Shown here piece by piece: positions 49,740 to 58,091 of a DNA stretch of 64,000 nucleotides. Position 1 is the first letter of the stretch; every line of letters begins with the position of its first letter. The notes beneath the pieces were generated by a model that made no database searches, was not told where the DNA came from, and saw nothing but the letters and a program-made list of their open reading frames with translations. The position numbers and the translations under genes were made by a program. This stretch comes from a virus (taxonomy: Duplodnaviria > Caudoviricetes), in the IMG/VR virus record IMGVR_UViG_3300033120_000868, positions 79,494 through 143,493 of that record. One strand, given 5' to 3'.

Positions 49740-50465
49740 TTAATTAAATACTTTTAAATACAGCTTGTAGTACTCTTCAATCTCTTTAGCTGTTTTATCA
49801 AAGCTGTTTAGAAACTTTTCAGCTCTTTCTTTAGAATAAGGTGTTGGTATATCTAAAACCTCTCCTGTTAATCTTAGCCATAAAGGGTCTCCATTTTTAC
49901 TAAAAGCCTCTGTATTTAAAGTGTTACCTTTTCTGTTTGCTAATTTTACTCCTGAATACTTTATAGTATAACCTAACTTCTCTAACCCATAAGAATAAAG
50001 TGTTGTCTGTTGGTACTCTTCACTTTCATAATCAGCTCGTTTTTTAGAAATATCCCCTGTTTTAAAATCTATGACTTCTAAACCATCTGAATATTCAACA
50101 ATTCTGTCAACAAAACATTGAATAACATAACTGCCCCTATCAATCACTAACTCTTTTTCATATATAGCTCCTTCAGGTCTGCCTATCTTTGTATCTAAAA
50201 TATCTTTATCAGATTTTGATAAATACTCTTGGGGTTCTCCTGTCTCCTGGTATGCGCCAACAGCACTTCCGTATTCTGTAAAAATAGTTCCTGTTCTTGG
50301 CTCGCCTAAAAAATAAACTCCAAAAAATTCCCCTTTATAAGCAGGTTCTTTAAAACTGTTGTAAGCAGAATAACTTAATTTAGGTCTTCCAACAAATTGT
50401 TCAAGTTCGGGGTTACCACTTCTATTTTCGTATACACTTGGTAATAATAATTGTTTAATACTCAT
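49740..50465 (-). CDS. PD-(D/E)XK (RecB/Cas4-like) nuclease
   Basis: LSYS, FVDR..VIDFKTG, Q..LY. Confidence 0.85.
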   Translation of the reverse strand: MSIKQLLLPSVYENRSGNPELEQFVGRPKLSYSAYNSFKEPAYKGEFFGVYFLGEPRTGTIFTEYGSAVGAYQETGEPQEYLSKSDKDILDTKIGRPEGAIYEKELVIDRGSYVIQCFVDRIVEYSDGLEVIDFKTGDISKKRADYESEEYQQTTLYSYGLEKLGYTIKYSGVKLANRKGNTLNTEAFSKNGDPLWLRLTGEVLDIPTPYSKERAEKFLNSFDKTAKEIEEYYKLYLKVFN

Positions 50466-51423
50466 TCAGTAGTTCTTTTATTTCTTTTCTTTTACTTTCT
50501 TTTACAGGCTCAGAATCACTTTTGAACATAGTGTTATCAATATATAGACTAACTAAAATATCCTCAATGATTGCTTTTTCTTTTTTTGTTATTTTCTTTT
50601 TTGACAATTTTTTATGTAAATCTTCTTTAGTTTTATTATCAATATTAGAAGCTTTATAAATCTTCTGTAATAGTGGTAATTCCTCTACCTCTACAGCTCC
50701 ACCAATAATTTCAAAACCCCCTTCTAAATCAGGTAAGAAAGCTAATTTTCTATACACTCTTATAGTTGTCTCTACATCTTTTAAACAGTAAGTAACAATC
50801 TCAGGAAGCCTCTTTTCATAAAAAGCATTAGAGACCTGTGAACCGTCCAAAGCATCTTTAGGAGAAGGTAAACCTAAAGCAGTAGCAACTGCAATTAAAC
50901 TATCAGGATAAAATGCCGAACCTTGCCATATTTTAGCTAAATCTAAAGCCTTCATTTCCCATGGTTTGCTTGTTCCTTCATCTAAAGGTGAAGCAGGAGT
51001 TACCCCATTTATAATTGACCTTTTTAATAAAAACGGACTGTCAAAACCATTAGAATTAAATCCAACTAACTTAGTATTAGGATTATTTTGATACACTAAT
51101 TCAAGGTCTTTATTAAACCACTCTAACAGTTCTTTTTCATCATAAGAGGCATAAGATTTTAAATAGATTTTATTATCTTTTATTCGCCCCACAACAATTG
51201 TCACCACTCTTCCAAATGGAGCATATAAAGGGGCTTTTTCATAATAATACTCTTCGATTGTAAAAGTTTCCCCTGTTTTTTTATTTAGCTCATTTTGATA
51301 GCGTGCTTTATATTTCCACGCATCGTAATATTGAGTGTCTTCTTGTAACTCTTCTACTCCTCTTGAAGTTTCAATATCGTAGAAAACTAAGTCGTTTTCA
51401 TTTAAATTTTTTAATTGTTTCAT
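50455..51423 (-). CDS. DnaQ-like 3'-5' exonuclease (PolB-exo related)
   Basis: YDIET, GFNSNGFD.PFL, YCLKDV. Confidence 0.85.
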   Translation of the reverse strand: MKQLKNLNENDLVFYDIETSRGVEELQEDTQYYDAWKYKARYQNELNKKTGETFTIEEYYYEKAPLYAPFGRVVTIVVGRIKDNKIYLKSYASYDEKELLEWFNKDLELVYQNNPNTKLVGFNSNGFDSPFLLKRSIINGVTPASPLDEGTSKPWEMKALDLAKIWQGSAFYPDSLIAVATALGLPSPKDALDGSQVSNAFYEKRLPEIVTYCLKDVETTIRVYRKLAFLPDLEGGFEIIGGAVEVEELPLLQKIYKASNIDNKTKEDLHKKLSKKKITKKEKAIIEDILVSLYIDNTMFKSDSEPVKESKRKEIKELLNEY

Positions 51424-51441
51424 TTCTAACTATTATAATTA

Positions 51442-51738
51442 TTACTCTTCCTCCTGTGAATTAAACCAACCTATATATTCATACTTTTTATAGTAATGAT
51501 TTAATATCCACAGTTTATCTTCAAAGAAGTAGATATTTCTTTTCTTTTTCAGTTTTTTTGTGCGGAAAATTAGTTTTTGGTCTACTAGGAATTTATATTG
51601 GTCGAAAGGCATGTGTTCAGCGTTTTCTCTAAACTGCTTTACATTTGCTAACTGTTCTTCTGTGTACCCGTAATGTTCTAATCTTTTTAGGTATTTTTCT
51701 ATTGGTTCTTGCATAATTCTATTAATTTCTTTAAACAT
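51442..51738 (-). CDS. hypothetical protein
   Basis: operon packing; start uncertain. Confidence 0.6.
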   Translation of the reverse strand: MFKEINRIMQEPIEKYLKRLEHYGYTEEQLANVKQFRENAEHMPFDQYKFLVDQKLIFRTKKLKKKRNIYFFEDKLWILNHYYKKYEYIGWFNSQEEE

Positions 51739-52076
51739 TCAAGTTCTGCTTCTTTGTCTGTATCATAAAAATCAATAAAACCATAATGTTTAAAATTATT
51801 TTTACGAGTTCCTTTTATTGAACCTGAAATTTTGTTTTTATCCTCTATTTCAAATACACTATGTCTTAAATTATATTTTTCTCTAAACCATCTAAAAGCT
51901 TGTGAGAATGTTGGAGCTAATGTAAAGTAACCCCCCTGGTCATCGCTAATTATATTTTTTACTAAAAACGGGCTTGGCACTTCTACATCAATATAATAAC
52001 CAAAACATTCTTGCTTAAACCCTAATTGTTTTATCTGTTTTGCTAAATTATAAGGTACAAATTCTTCTTCTAACAT
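51699..52076 (-). CDS. phage protein (FVPY..A...K.LGF...APT.SQ.FRWFRE type)
   Basis: motif content; after promoter. Confidence 0.75.
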   Translation of the reverse strand: MLEEEFVPYNLAKQIKQLGFKQECFGYYIDVEVPSPFLVKNIISDDQGGYFTLAPTFSQAFRWFREKYNLRHSVFEIEDKNKISGSIKGTRKNNFKHYGFIDFYDTDKEAELECLKKLIELCKNQ

Positions 52077-52095
52077 ATCTCATTATTTTATTTTA

Positions 52096-52127
52096 CAAAT
52101 GTACAAATTTATTTTATATTATCCAAA
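52096..52127 (-). promoter_or_regulatory. Bacteroidota-type promoter
   Basis: TTTG-N20-TACATTTG. Confidence 0.7.
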
Positions 52128-52154
52128 TCTTTTTTAACTTTTTTCGCGAAATTT

Positions 52155-52645
52155 TCATTTTACTGCATAGCTTCGCTTTTACTCCTGCATTACCCTCCTA
52201 CGAGAATACAACCTGAGTTATAGTAGCTAAGGTAATCTACTCAACCTCTTAACCTAAACCATTTCTGCTCCTGCACCTAATTTTATAGGCGAGAGTTTAT
52301 CAATCCTCTCTTTTTCAGTCATTTGATTCGGTGTACTCTTTCGAGAATGCAGTCACTCGTTGTCAATACGTCAGACATTGCGAGGTTTGTGAATCAAACG
52401 TGTTTAGCGGTTCATCTTTCTATTTTTACTCCTTTCTATTATTCTCCCTTATTTTATCCACGCTGTTGTGAAGTTGTTTTGGTGCGGAGTTGAAAACCAA
52501 TTACCGAATGTTGTAAAAATAAAAAACCCTTTGATTAAAAACAGAAAAAGATGCAGAGCTCTCACACATCTACATCTTAAACATTTAAATCAAAGGGTCA
52601 ACCTTTTTATTTTAATGATTTTAGTGGTGAGAGATAAAATCTAAT
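52155..52645 (-). ncRNA. candidate structured non-coding RNA region
   Basis: about 490 bp without ORF, GC-richer, several hairpins, downstream of promoter 52700-52731. Confidence 0.4.
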
Positions 52646-52699
52646 TTTCCGCAATAAAAATAAAAACAGAGAAAAACATATTTCCCCATAATTATACCG

Positions 52700-52731
52700 C
52701 AAATATACAACATCTATTTAACATATCCAAA
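52700..52731 (-). promoter_or_regulatory. Bacteroidota-type promoter
   Basis: TTTG-N20-TATATTTG. Confidence 0.7.
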
Positions 52732-52743
52732 TTAGTTAAATAT

Positions 52744-53059
52744 TTAAGGCGTTTCGCAAAAGAAACCGCTGAAAACAATTACATTTGCATCATCTACTTG
52801 GATATATCTACAAGTACTCCCTCTATACATTTCTAAATCTTCTGTAGGAGTAAGCTGAAAAGAGATTCTTTCACCCATATTACCTAAAGCAATAGCTGAT
52901 ATTAGAAGGGTTGTCGGTTCTATACCAAACTCCTATAAAATCTTCATCCATATTCAACTGTTCATACCCATATTCTGAGTTGTAACAGTTTAAATTCCTT
53001 TCTTCTGTTGAGCAACTTAATGTTAGTAAAGTTAAGCTCAAAAATAGTAGTTTTTTCAT
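52744..53059 (-). pseudogene. lipoprotein gene, apparently frameshifted
   Basis: MKKLLFLSLTLLTLSC lipobox ORF stops after 59 aa; an overlapping frame (EFGIEPTT..MGERISF..FFCETP) continues to 52744. Confidence 0.45.
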
Positions 53060-53244
53060 TTTTCTATTTTTAAAAGTTTACTATAAAGATTATCTATCTC
53101 TTTTATATGATTACTTTTTGAGGTTTTATATACTCTTTTAAATTCTTCATTTGGACAATCATATTGAACTACGGCTTCACTTAAATTACAAGCTCTAAGT
53201 AAAAAATCTAATTGTACTTTTGTTAATGTTATATTTTTATCCAT
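53056..53244 (-). CDS. hypothetical protein
   Basis: ATGA overlap. Confidence 0.6.
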   Translation of the reverse strand: MDKNITLTKVQLDFLLRACNLSEAVVQYDCPNEEFKRVYKTSKSNHIKEIDNLYSKLLKIEK

Positions 53245-53268
53245 TTTACCTATTTTTGCGCGAAAAGA

Positions 53269-53535
53269 TTAAGAAACGGAAGACGAAGTACCTTCAAGAA
53301 ATTCTTCCAAATCAAATTTCTCTTTAGTAACTTTTGCTAATCTTTTAAGCATTAAGTGTTTATATTCTTCACTAATCTTATTAAATACCTCAATACTTTC
53401 TTCTGTTTCTAACTGTTGTAGCCCAAGTAGTACTGACTCTTTAAAGTTTTGTATTTCACTTTGCCTTTCTTTTACCCGCCTTTTTTCAAGCCAAATAATA
53501 AGCCTTAATCTCCAATCTTTAATTTTGTCTGTCAT
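53269..53535 (-). CDS. hypothetical protein
   Basis: operon packing. Confidence 0.65.
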   Translation of the reverse strand: MTDKIKDWRLRLIIWLEKRRVKERQSEIQNFKESVLLGLQQLETEESIEVFNKISEEYKHLMLKRLAKVTKEKFDLEEFLEGTSSSVS

Positions 53536-53537
53536 AT

Positions 53538-53720
53538 TTATTCTCTTTTTAAACCTAAATAAGCCGAAGGTAATGGTAAAGACTTCATTAATAAAATAAT
53601 ATCTTTTTCATCTAATTTCATTTTCTGTCCATCTTTTTCTAAATAGACTGTTAAACCCTTACTCCACTTTTGATACCTTTTTTGTGGTTTTGTTATTGAC
53701 CATGCTTTTAACTCACTCAT
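53538..53720 (-). CDS. hypothetical protein
   Basis: operon packing. Confidence 0.6.
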   Translation of the reverse strand: MSELKAWSITKPQKRYQKWSKGLTVYLEKDGQKMKLDEKDIILLMKSLPLPSAYLGLKRE

Positions 53721-53727
53721 ATATTTC

Positions 53728-53922
53728 TTAATCTTCTAAAATTAATACTATCCCTTGCTCTGTTACTTTATAACCTTTTATTTTTCTATCCATTCTATTA
53801 TACTCCTCTGTTTCTCTTATCGCTCGCTCAAAAGAGATAAAAGAAGTAGAAAAACAACCTTCAAATTCTAATTCTTCATCTGTTAGTAAAGGACTTAATG
53901 ATTTTGTTAAAAATGTTTTCAT
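53728..53922 (-). CDS. hypothetical protein
   Basis: operon packing. Confidence 0.6.
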   Translation of the reverse strand: MKTFLTKSLSPLLTDEELEFEGCFSTSFISFERAIRETEEYNRMDRKIKGYKVTEQGIVLILED

Positions 53923-53923
53923 C

Positions 53924-54241
53924 TTAAAAATAAATTATAGTTTTATATTTTGGTTCACATTCATCTAAACAATAAGTTTCAAAGTTAATTTTGAAATACT
54001 TATCATTTATTTTTACAACAAAAATTTCTTCTTCATTTTCAACTCTGTATTCTTCAATATAATCTTTATCAGCTCCCCAAGACATTACTTCCGTTAAAAC
54101 CCAACATGCTGTGTAATAATCTTCTTTTATTTCTTTAACAAGTTGGTTTTTTGAAACACCTTCATAACCTATAGATTTTAAATTAATCTTGTCCCAATTT
54201 TCTGAAACAAATTTAATTGCTAATTTTGTAACTTCACTCAT
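53924..54241 (-). CDS. hypothetical protein
   Basis: ORF after promoter. Confidence 0.7.
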   Translation of the reverse strand: MSEVTKLAIKFVSENWDKINLKSIGYEGVSKNQLVKEIKEDYYTACWVLTEVMSWGADKDYIEEYRVENEEEIFVVKINDKYFKINFETYCLDECEPKYKTIIYF

Positions 54242-54257
54242 ATTTTCTAATTTTTTA

Positions 54258-54289
54258 CAAAGATATAAATAATATTTGAATTGTGCAAA
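54258..54289 (-). promoter_or_regulatory. Bacteroidota-type promoter
   Basis: TTTG-N20-TATCTTTG. Confidence 0.7.
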
Positions 54290-54328
54290 TAAAAATTCAT
54301 TTTTTTGGCAAAAAAGAATAAAAACAGA

Positions 54329-54589
54329 TTAAAAAACCTCATCTAACTTTATCTGCTCATACCACTGTAAGTTAGAAACATCAACAACTCTCTTCTGCAT
54401 TACAATTAAATCTTTTAATCTTGACAAAGAATACCATTTTCTATTTATCCAATATCCTAAACAATTATTATTATCTTTTAATTCAACTGACTTAGGTATG
54501 TTCGTTATATCAAACAATTGTTTTTTGCGAAAAGAAAAAGTTTTTCTTTCAATAATAAAATAGTTTGAATAAGTTATAATATATTTCAT
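54329..54589 (-). CDS. small hypothetical protein flanking the cassette array (intI position, but not an integrase)
   Basis: 86 aa, GYWINRKWYSL; no tyrosine-recombinase motifs. Confidence 0.65.
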   Translation of the reverse strand: MKYIITYSNYFIIERKTFSFRKKQLFDITNIPKSVELKDNNNCLGYWINRKWYSLSRLKDLIVMQKRVVDVSNLQWYEQIKLDEVF

Positions 54590-54619
54590 TTGTCAAGGTT
54601 TCTTATTAGTGTTTATAAA

Positions 54620-54658
54620 GGTTAGTATAGGTGAGTTTCGCTTAGCCAATAGTTGTAA
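54620..54658 (+). other. putative attI-like primary recombination site
   Basis: GTTGTAA at 54652 matches the TTACAAC end of cassette 1 but has no upstream hairpin arm. Confidence 0.55.
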
Positions 54659-54678
54659 AACAGTTTAGAAAATACTTT

Positions 54679-55209
54679 ATGAAAATAAAAGAATCAGATA
54701 TAGAAGTTATAGATTTCATATTAAACTTAAGCCTATCTAAAGAAGTTTCTTTACAAGATTTACTTGAAAATAATATAATTGATTCACAACAAGGCGAGTT
54801 TCCTGAAATAAACTTATGGTACAATCCGAAAGATGAATTTGCTAGATATTTAAAAATACTTGAAAAATACAATTTATGTAACATAGTACGCTATATTGGT
54901 GCAGAAACTGCTATTAAAAATACAAACACTTCAATAACTCTCAACAGAGGTGGTTTTAAGCCAATATTTGAAAAAATACAACTTGATGAAGAAAAAGAAC
55001 AAATTGAATTTGAAAAATCTAAAATAGATTTAAAACTTAATAAATGGCTCTTAAAGACTAAATGGCTTCCACACTTTATTACTTTCATTTCTTTACTATT
55101 CGCTGTTTACGTTTATTTCGATTCTAAAAACGATTCAAAAAAATTAGAAGAACGAATAGAAAAGTTAGAATCGAAAATACCAATCCCGAAAAATGAGTCC
55201 AAAAAATAA
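54679..55209 (+). CDS. cassette 1 gene: membrane protein, canonical cassette orientation
   Basis: 176 aa, one TM near C-terminus flanked by coiled coils; only credible + strand gene after 14.8 kb. Confidence 0.8.
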   Translation: MKIKESDIEVIDFILNLSLSKEVSLQDLLENNIIDSQQGEFPEINLWYNPKDEFARYLKILEKYNLCNIVRYIGAETAIKNTNTSITLNRGGFKPIFEKIQLDEEKEQIEFEKSKIDLKLNKWLLKTKWLPHFITFISLLFAVYVYFDSKNDSKKLEERIEKLESKIPIPKNESKK

Positions 55210-55264
55210 CCTTTGTTTCTTTGGGACAATCTTTAGACAATGCATACTTAATAATCTTAATCAT
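55124..55264 (-). CDS. small antisense membrane peptide in cassette 1 (46 aa, not in track)
   Basis: MIKIIKYALSKDCPKETKVIFWTHFSGLVFSILTFLFVLLIFLNRF. Confidence 0.4.
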   Translation of the reverse strand: MIKIIKYALSKDCPKETKVIFWTHFSGLVFSILTFLFVLLIFLNRF

Positions 55265-55330
55265 AATAAAATAATTTTAATACTTGACACTTAACAAAGG
55301 CGGACAAGTTAAACCTTAATAAAACCGATT

Positions 55331-55466
55331 TTACAACAGCGGTTTGTTTCAAGTGGCGGTTTAGTGATAATCCGAAAACGCCGTTGTAAAATTTAATAAT
55401 TAGTTTATATTTGTAATGGCTTGGTGCTGAAATCGCCACCTGAAAACAAGCCACAGAACGTTATAT
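55331..55466 (+). repeat. attC-like site 1
   Basis: TTACAAC..GGTTTGTTTCAAGTGGCG / CGCCACCTGAAAACAAGCC..GTTATAT. Confidence 0.85.
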
Positions 55467-55472
55467 GATAGC

Positions 55473-55718
55473 TTACTCAACTTTGTGGCTAAAAAGTTCA
55501 TTGTAATATTTTTCAGCTCTTTCTTCTTGTGTTATGTTATATCCGTAAAGTTCCCAATCAGCACCATCGTTGAAAGAAGTTTTTATTTGCTCTTTTTCTT
55601 TATTAATTTTATCTTCTACCATATCAATAATTAAATTAACAGTGGTTTTAATAAAAGGATTTTCGACTATTTTAGAAACTTCTTCTAATTCATTAAGTAA
55701 TTCTTGCATTGCTGTCAT
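55473..55718 (-). CDS. cassette 2 gene, phage-type small protein
   Basis: MTAMQEL..KEKEQI...F.DG..AEKYYNE. Confidence 0.75.
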   Translation of the reverse strand: MTAMQELLNELEEVSKIVENPFIKTTVNLIIDMVEDKINKEKEQIKTSFNDGADWELYGYNITQEERAEKYYNELFSHKVE

Positions 55719-55741
55719 AATAATTATGTTTAAAAGCCATC

Positions 55742-55874
55742 ATATAACAATGCATTGTAGCAATTGTGGTTTAAGGCTTAATTAATAATTTGTTTTTACT
55801 TGGTTAGTTTTAGTCTTAATTTGAAGCATTGTGCAAGTCTAACCACAACTGACTACAATGCTTTAACGTTATGT
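55742..55874 (+). repeat. attC-like site 2
   Basis: ATATAAC..GCATTGTAGCAATTGTGGTT / AACCACAACTGACTACAATGC..GTTATGT. Confidence 0.88.
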
Positions 55875-56180
55875 GATATTTTCCAAAACGACTAAATCAG
55901 AAATATCATCTAAATAATAAACAGTTTGTTCTCCGTCATACCATTGCGGTTCTATAGGTACATTTAGACTAATTGATAATTTGTATTCTTCTGTATTATT
56001 ATATTTTGTTTGTGGTGGGTATATAAAACTTATAATTCCAGTAAACCATTCGTTTCTTTCTTTTTCTTTGAATGCCACAACAGTATTTTCTTTACAGTTA
56101 ATCAAAACATCACATAACAGTGGTTTTGACTTATTGCCGTTTTCGGCTTCATTTAATGTTGGTTTTGTACTTTCTGACAT
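55869..56180 (-). CDS. cassette 3 gene (starts inside attC3)
   Basis: probable start MSESTK in attC loop; stop = TTA of R box. Confidence 0.7.
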   Translation of the reverse strand: MSESTKPTLNEAENGNKSKPLLCDVLINCKENTVVAFKEKERNEWFTGIISFIYPPQTKYNNTEEYKLSISLNVPIEPQWYDGEQTVYYLDDISDLVVLENIT

Positions 56181-56246
56181 TGTTTTTAATTTAAAGTTGG
56201 TCTTGTATTTAATCGGCAACAAGACAAAGCCACAGGAGCGTTATGC
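56112..56246 (+). repeat. attC-like site 3
   Basis: ACATAAC..TGGTTTTGACTTATTGCCG / CGGCAACAAGACAAAGCCA..GTTATGC. Confidence 0.88.
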
Positions 56247-56252
56247 ACAATA

Positions 56253-56717
56253 TTATAGAATACCATACAAATCATAATGATTTTCCAAAAACCAATTATA
56301 GTGTTCTGCAATCATATTTTTATTATATCCTAAAAAAGTAGTGATTTGTGCATGACCTCCTGTATCTCTGTTTGGTATATTTATGGTCAATGAACCATTT
56401 TTACCCTTTTTCCAAGTTATTTTATGAAAATATAAATCTTCTCTTTTTCCTAAAATATATCTTGAAAACTTACTTAATTGTTGTTGAACTAGAAAATCAT
56501 TAATATTTTTTAACTCAGGTATATACCCTAAATCTATAATATTTTTAGCTGAATCTCCGTTTTCAAAGATAAATCTTCCATTATATCCAATAAGTTTCAA
56601 TCTACCATATTGACAATTAAAATAAATCCCGTAAGGAAGATATTTAAGTAAAATACTGTGCATAACAGCGGTTTTGTCGCATTGTGGTACTTGGGTATTT
56701 TTTGAAAGTTCAGTCAT
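56253..56717 (-). CDS. cassette 4 gene (starts inside attC4)
   Basis: 154 aa; YLPYG..., WFLENHYDLYG. Confidence 0.75.
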   Translation of the reverse strand: MTELSKNTQVPQCDKTAVMHSILLKYLPYGIYFNCQYGRLKLIGYNGRFIFENGDSAKNIIDLGYIPELKNINDFLVQQQLSKFSRYILGKREDLYFHKITWKKGKNGSLTINIPNRDTGGHAQITTFLGYNKNMIAEHYNWFLENHYDLYGIL

Positions 56718-56795
56718 AATTTTAAAATTTAGTTATTATTTGTTAAGTTTGGTCTTAAATCGCCACAACGACGACAAAGCCACAGGGCGTTATCA
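56660..56795 (+). repeat. attC-like site 4
   Basis: GCATAAC..GGTTTTGTCGCATTGTGG / CCACAACGACGACAAAGCC..GTTATCA. Confidence 0.88.
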
Positions 56796-56981
56796 CTCAG
56801 CTTGTAGAACACCTAAATCATCGATGTTTAGTATTGTAAATCTATCTTGCTTTTCAAATAATTGTTCTCCAACTTCTTGTGCAATTTCTTTTTCTGAAAA
56901 GCGTAAAGTTTTTCTATTAGCACCATATAACGCTTTTTTAGTGTCTAAATCAATAATAATCCATTTTCTTTCTTTTTTCAT
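56793..56981 (-). CDS. cassette 5 gene
   Basis: 62 aa filling the cassette. Confidence 0.7.
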   Translation of the reverse strand: MKKERKWIIIDLDTKKALYGANRKTLRFSEKEIAQEVGEQLFEKQDRFTILNIDDLGVLQAE

Positions 56982-57006
56982 CTTGTTTGTATTTAAAAAG
57001 CCGAAG

Positions 57007-57138
57007 TGATAACATACGCTAACCGCTATTCAGGCTTTAGGTTAAATTTAAAGTGTGTTTTGTGTCTGTAAGATTTGTAATAATCCGAAATTTCAGTCCT
57101 TACTTTTCCTGAACATCGGTTAGCGTCCGCCGTTATGT
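57007..57138 (+). repeat. attC-like site 5
   Basis: TGATAAC..ACGCTAACCGCTATTCAGG / CCTGAACATCGGTTAGCGT..GTTATGT. Confidence 0.88.
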
Positions 57139-57139
57139 A

Positions 57140-57355
57140 TCATTTTTTAAATTGACATTTTTCGTATATTTTTGCAAGTGGTGTTATAAAATCTTTACCA
57201 GTAAATAAATATGGTATAGTTATTACAGCAGTATACGGTATATTTACAAGCAAAAATATTAACCACAGCATCATTTCATAAAAACGATACATAACAACAG
57301 ATATACTCAATTTTGAGTTCTGTGTTTCATTCAAGTTTTCTTCTTTTTCAATCAT
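57140..57355 (-). CDS. cassette 6 gene, small membrane protein (starts inside attC6)
   Basis: hydrophobic core. Confidence 0.65.
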   Translation of the reverse strand: MIEKEENLNETQNSKLSISVVMYRFYEMMLWLIFLLVNIPYTAVITIPYLFTGKDFITPLAKIYEKCQFKK

Positions 57356-57418
57356 TTTATTTATTATTTAAATTATTACTATTTAATTCAAAACTAAGTA
57401 TATCTGCAATCGTTAACC
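57289..57418 (+). repeat. attC-like site 6
   Basis: ACATAAC..CAGATATACTCAATTTTGAGTT / AATTCAAAACTAAGTATATCTG..GTTAACC. Confidence 0.85.
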
Positions 57419-57658
57419 ACAATTGCATATCAGAAGTTTAATAGACGCTATTGTATTTGATTCTGGCTTTTCAAATTCAGTTACAAATTCCAATCCTTTT
57501 TTATCTAATTCATCAAACAAAAAGTTGTCAATATCTTGGTAAGAATTAAACCATTTCATCCCGTTTCTATTGCTTTTTTCAAGTTCGGATAAAGCAACTG
57601 TGGTTAACACAGGTTTTGTGCTATTGCTTGGCTTGTTGTTTTCTGAATGTTTATTCAT
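57413..57658 (-). CDS. cassette 7 gene (starts inside attC7)
   Basis: stop = TTA of R box. Confidence 0.7.
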   Translation of the reverse strand: MNKHSENNKPSNSTKPVLTTVALSELEKSNRNGMKWFNSYQDIDNFLFDELDKKGLEFVTEFEKPESNTIASIKLLICNCG

Positions 57659-57736
57659 AATCTGTAATTTTTAGTGTTTAATTTAATGTTTTAGTTTTCT
57701 TTTACGCAACAGACACAAAGCCTGAGGACGTTATAA
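57602..57736 (+). repeat. attC-like site 7
   Basis: GGTTAAC..CAGGTTTTGTGCTATTGC / GCAACAGACACAAAGCCTG..GTTATAA. Confidence 0.88.
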
Positions 57737-57746
57737 GAAATAGCTA

Positions 57747-57974
57747 CTAATCGTTTTCAAAATCAAATTCTTCTTCAATAATATCTAATAGACTTGTGGC
57801 TATATCTCCGTTATGTATTCTAAAAGCTATCTTTTTAGCTTCAGAAACTATATATTCAGCGTCATCTTCGCTTATAAGTTCAAAAACCGCTGGGTCTGTA
57901 ATGTCATTTGCAATTAAAATAGCTTGACACCATCTTTTCGCTATTCTTTTTAAAACTAATTTATCTTTTACCAT
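57747..57974 (-). CDS. cassette 8 gene
   Basis: probable start MVKDK (frame open back to 58058 inside attC8). Confidence 0.7.
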   Translation of the reverse strand: MVKDKLVLKRIAKRWCQAILIANDITDPAVFELISEDDAEYIVSEAKKIAFRIHNGDIATSLLDIIEEEFDFEND

Positions 57975-58003
57975 AACTTTTAATTTAAATTTACCGCTAC
58001 TTC

Positions 58004-58081
58004 TTATAACAGGTGTTTGTAAATACCAGCCGAATATACTATGCGTGTAGGCTGGCATCTACAAGCACCAAAACGTTAGCA
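58004..58081 (+). repeat. attC-like site 8 (short, 78 bp)
   Basis: TTATAAC..GGTGTTTGTAAATACCAGCC / GGCTGGCATCTACAAGCACC..GTTAGCA. Confidence 0.88.
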
Positions 58082-58091
58082 AACATTGTTA

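Noticed and set aside
49740-50465. Cas4 as part of a CRISPR system
   Set aside because: No Fe-S cysteine cluster, other cas genes or array; an ordinary phage PD-(D/E)XK nuclease
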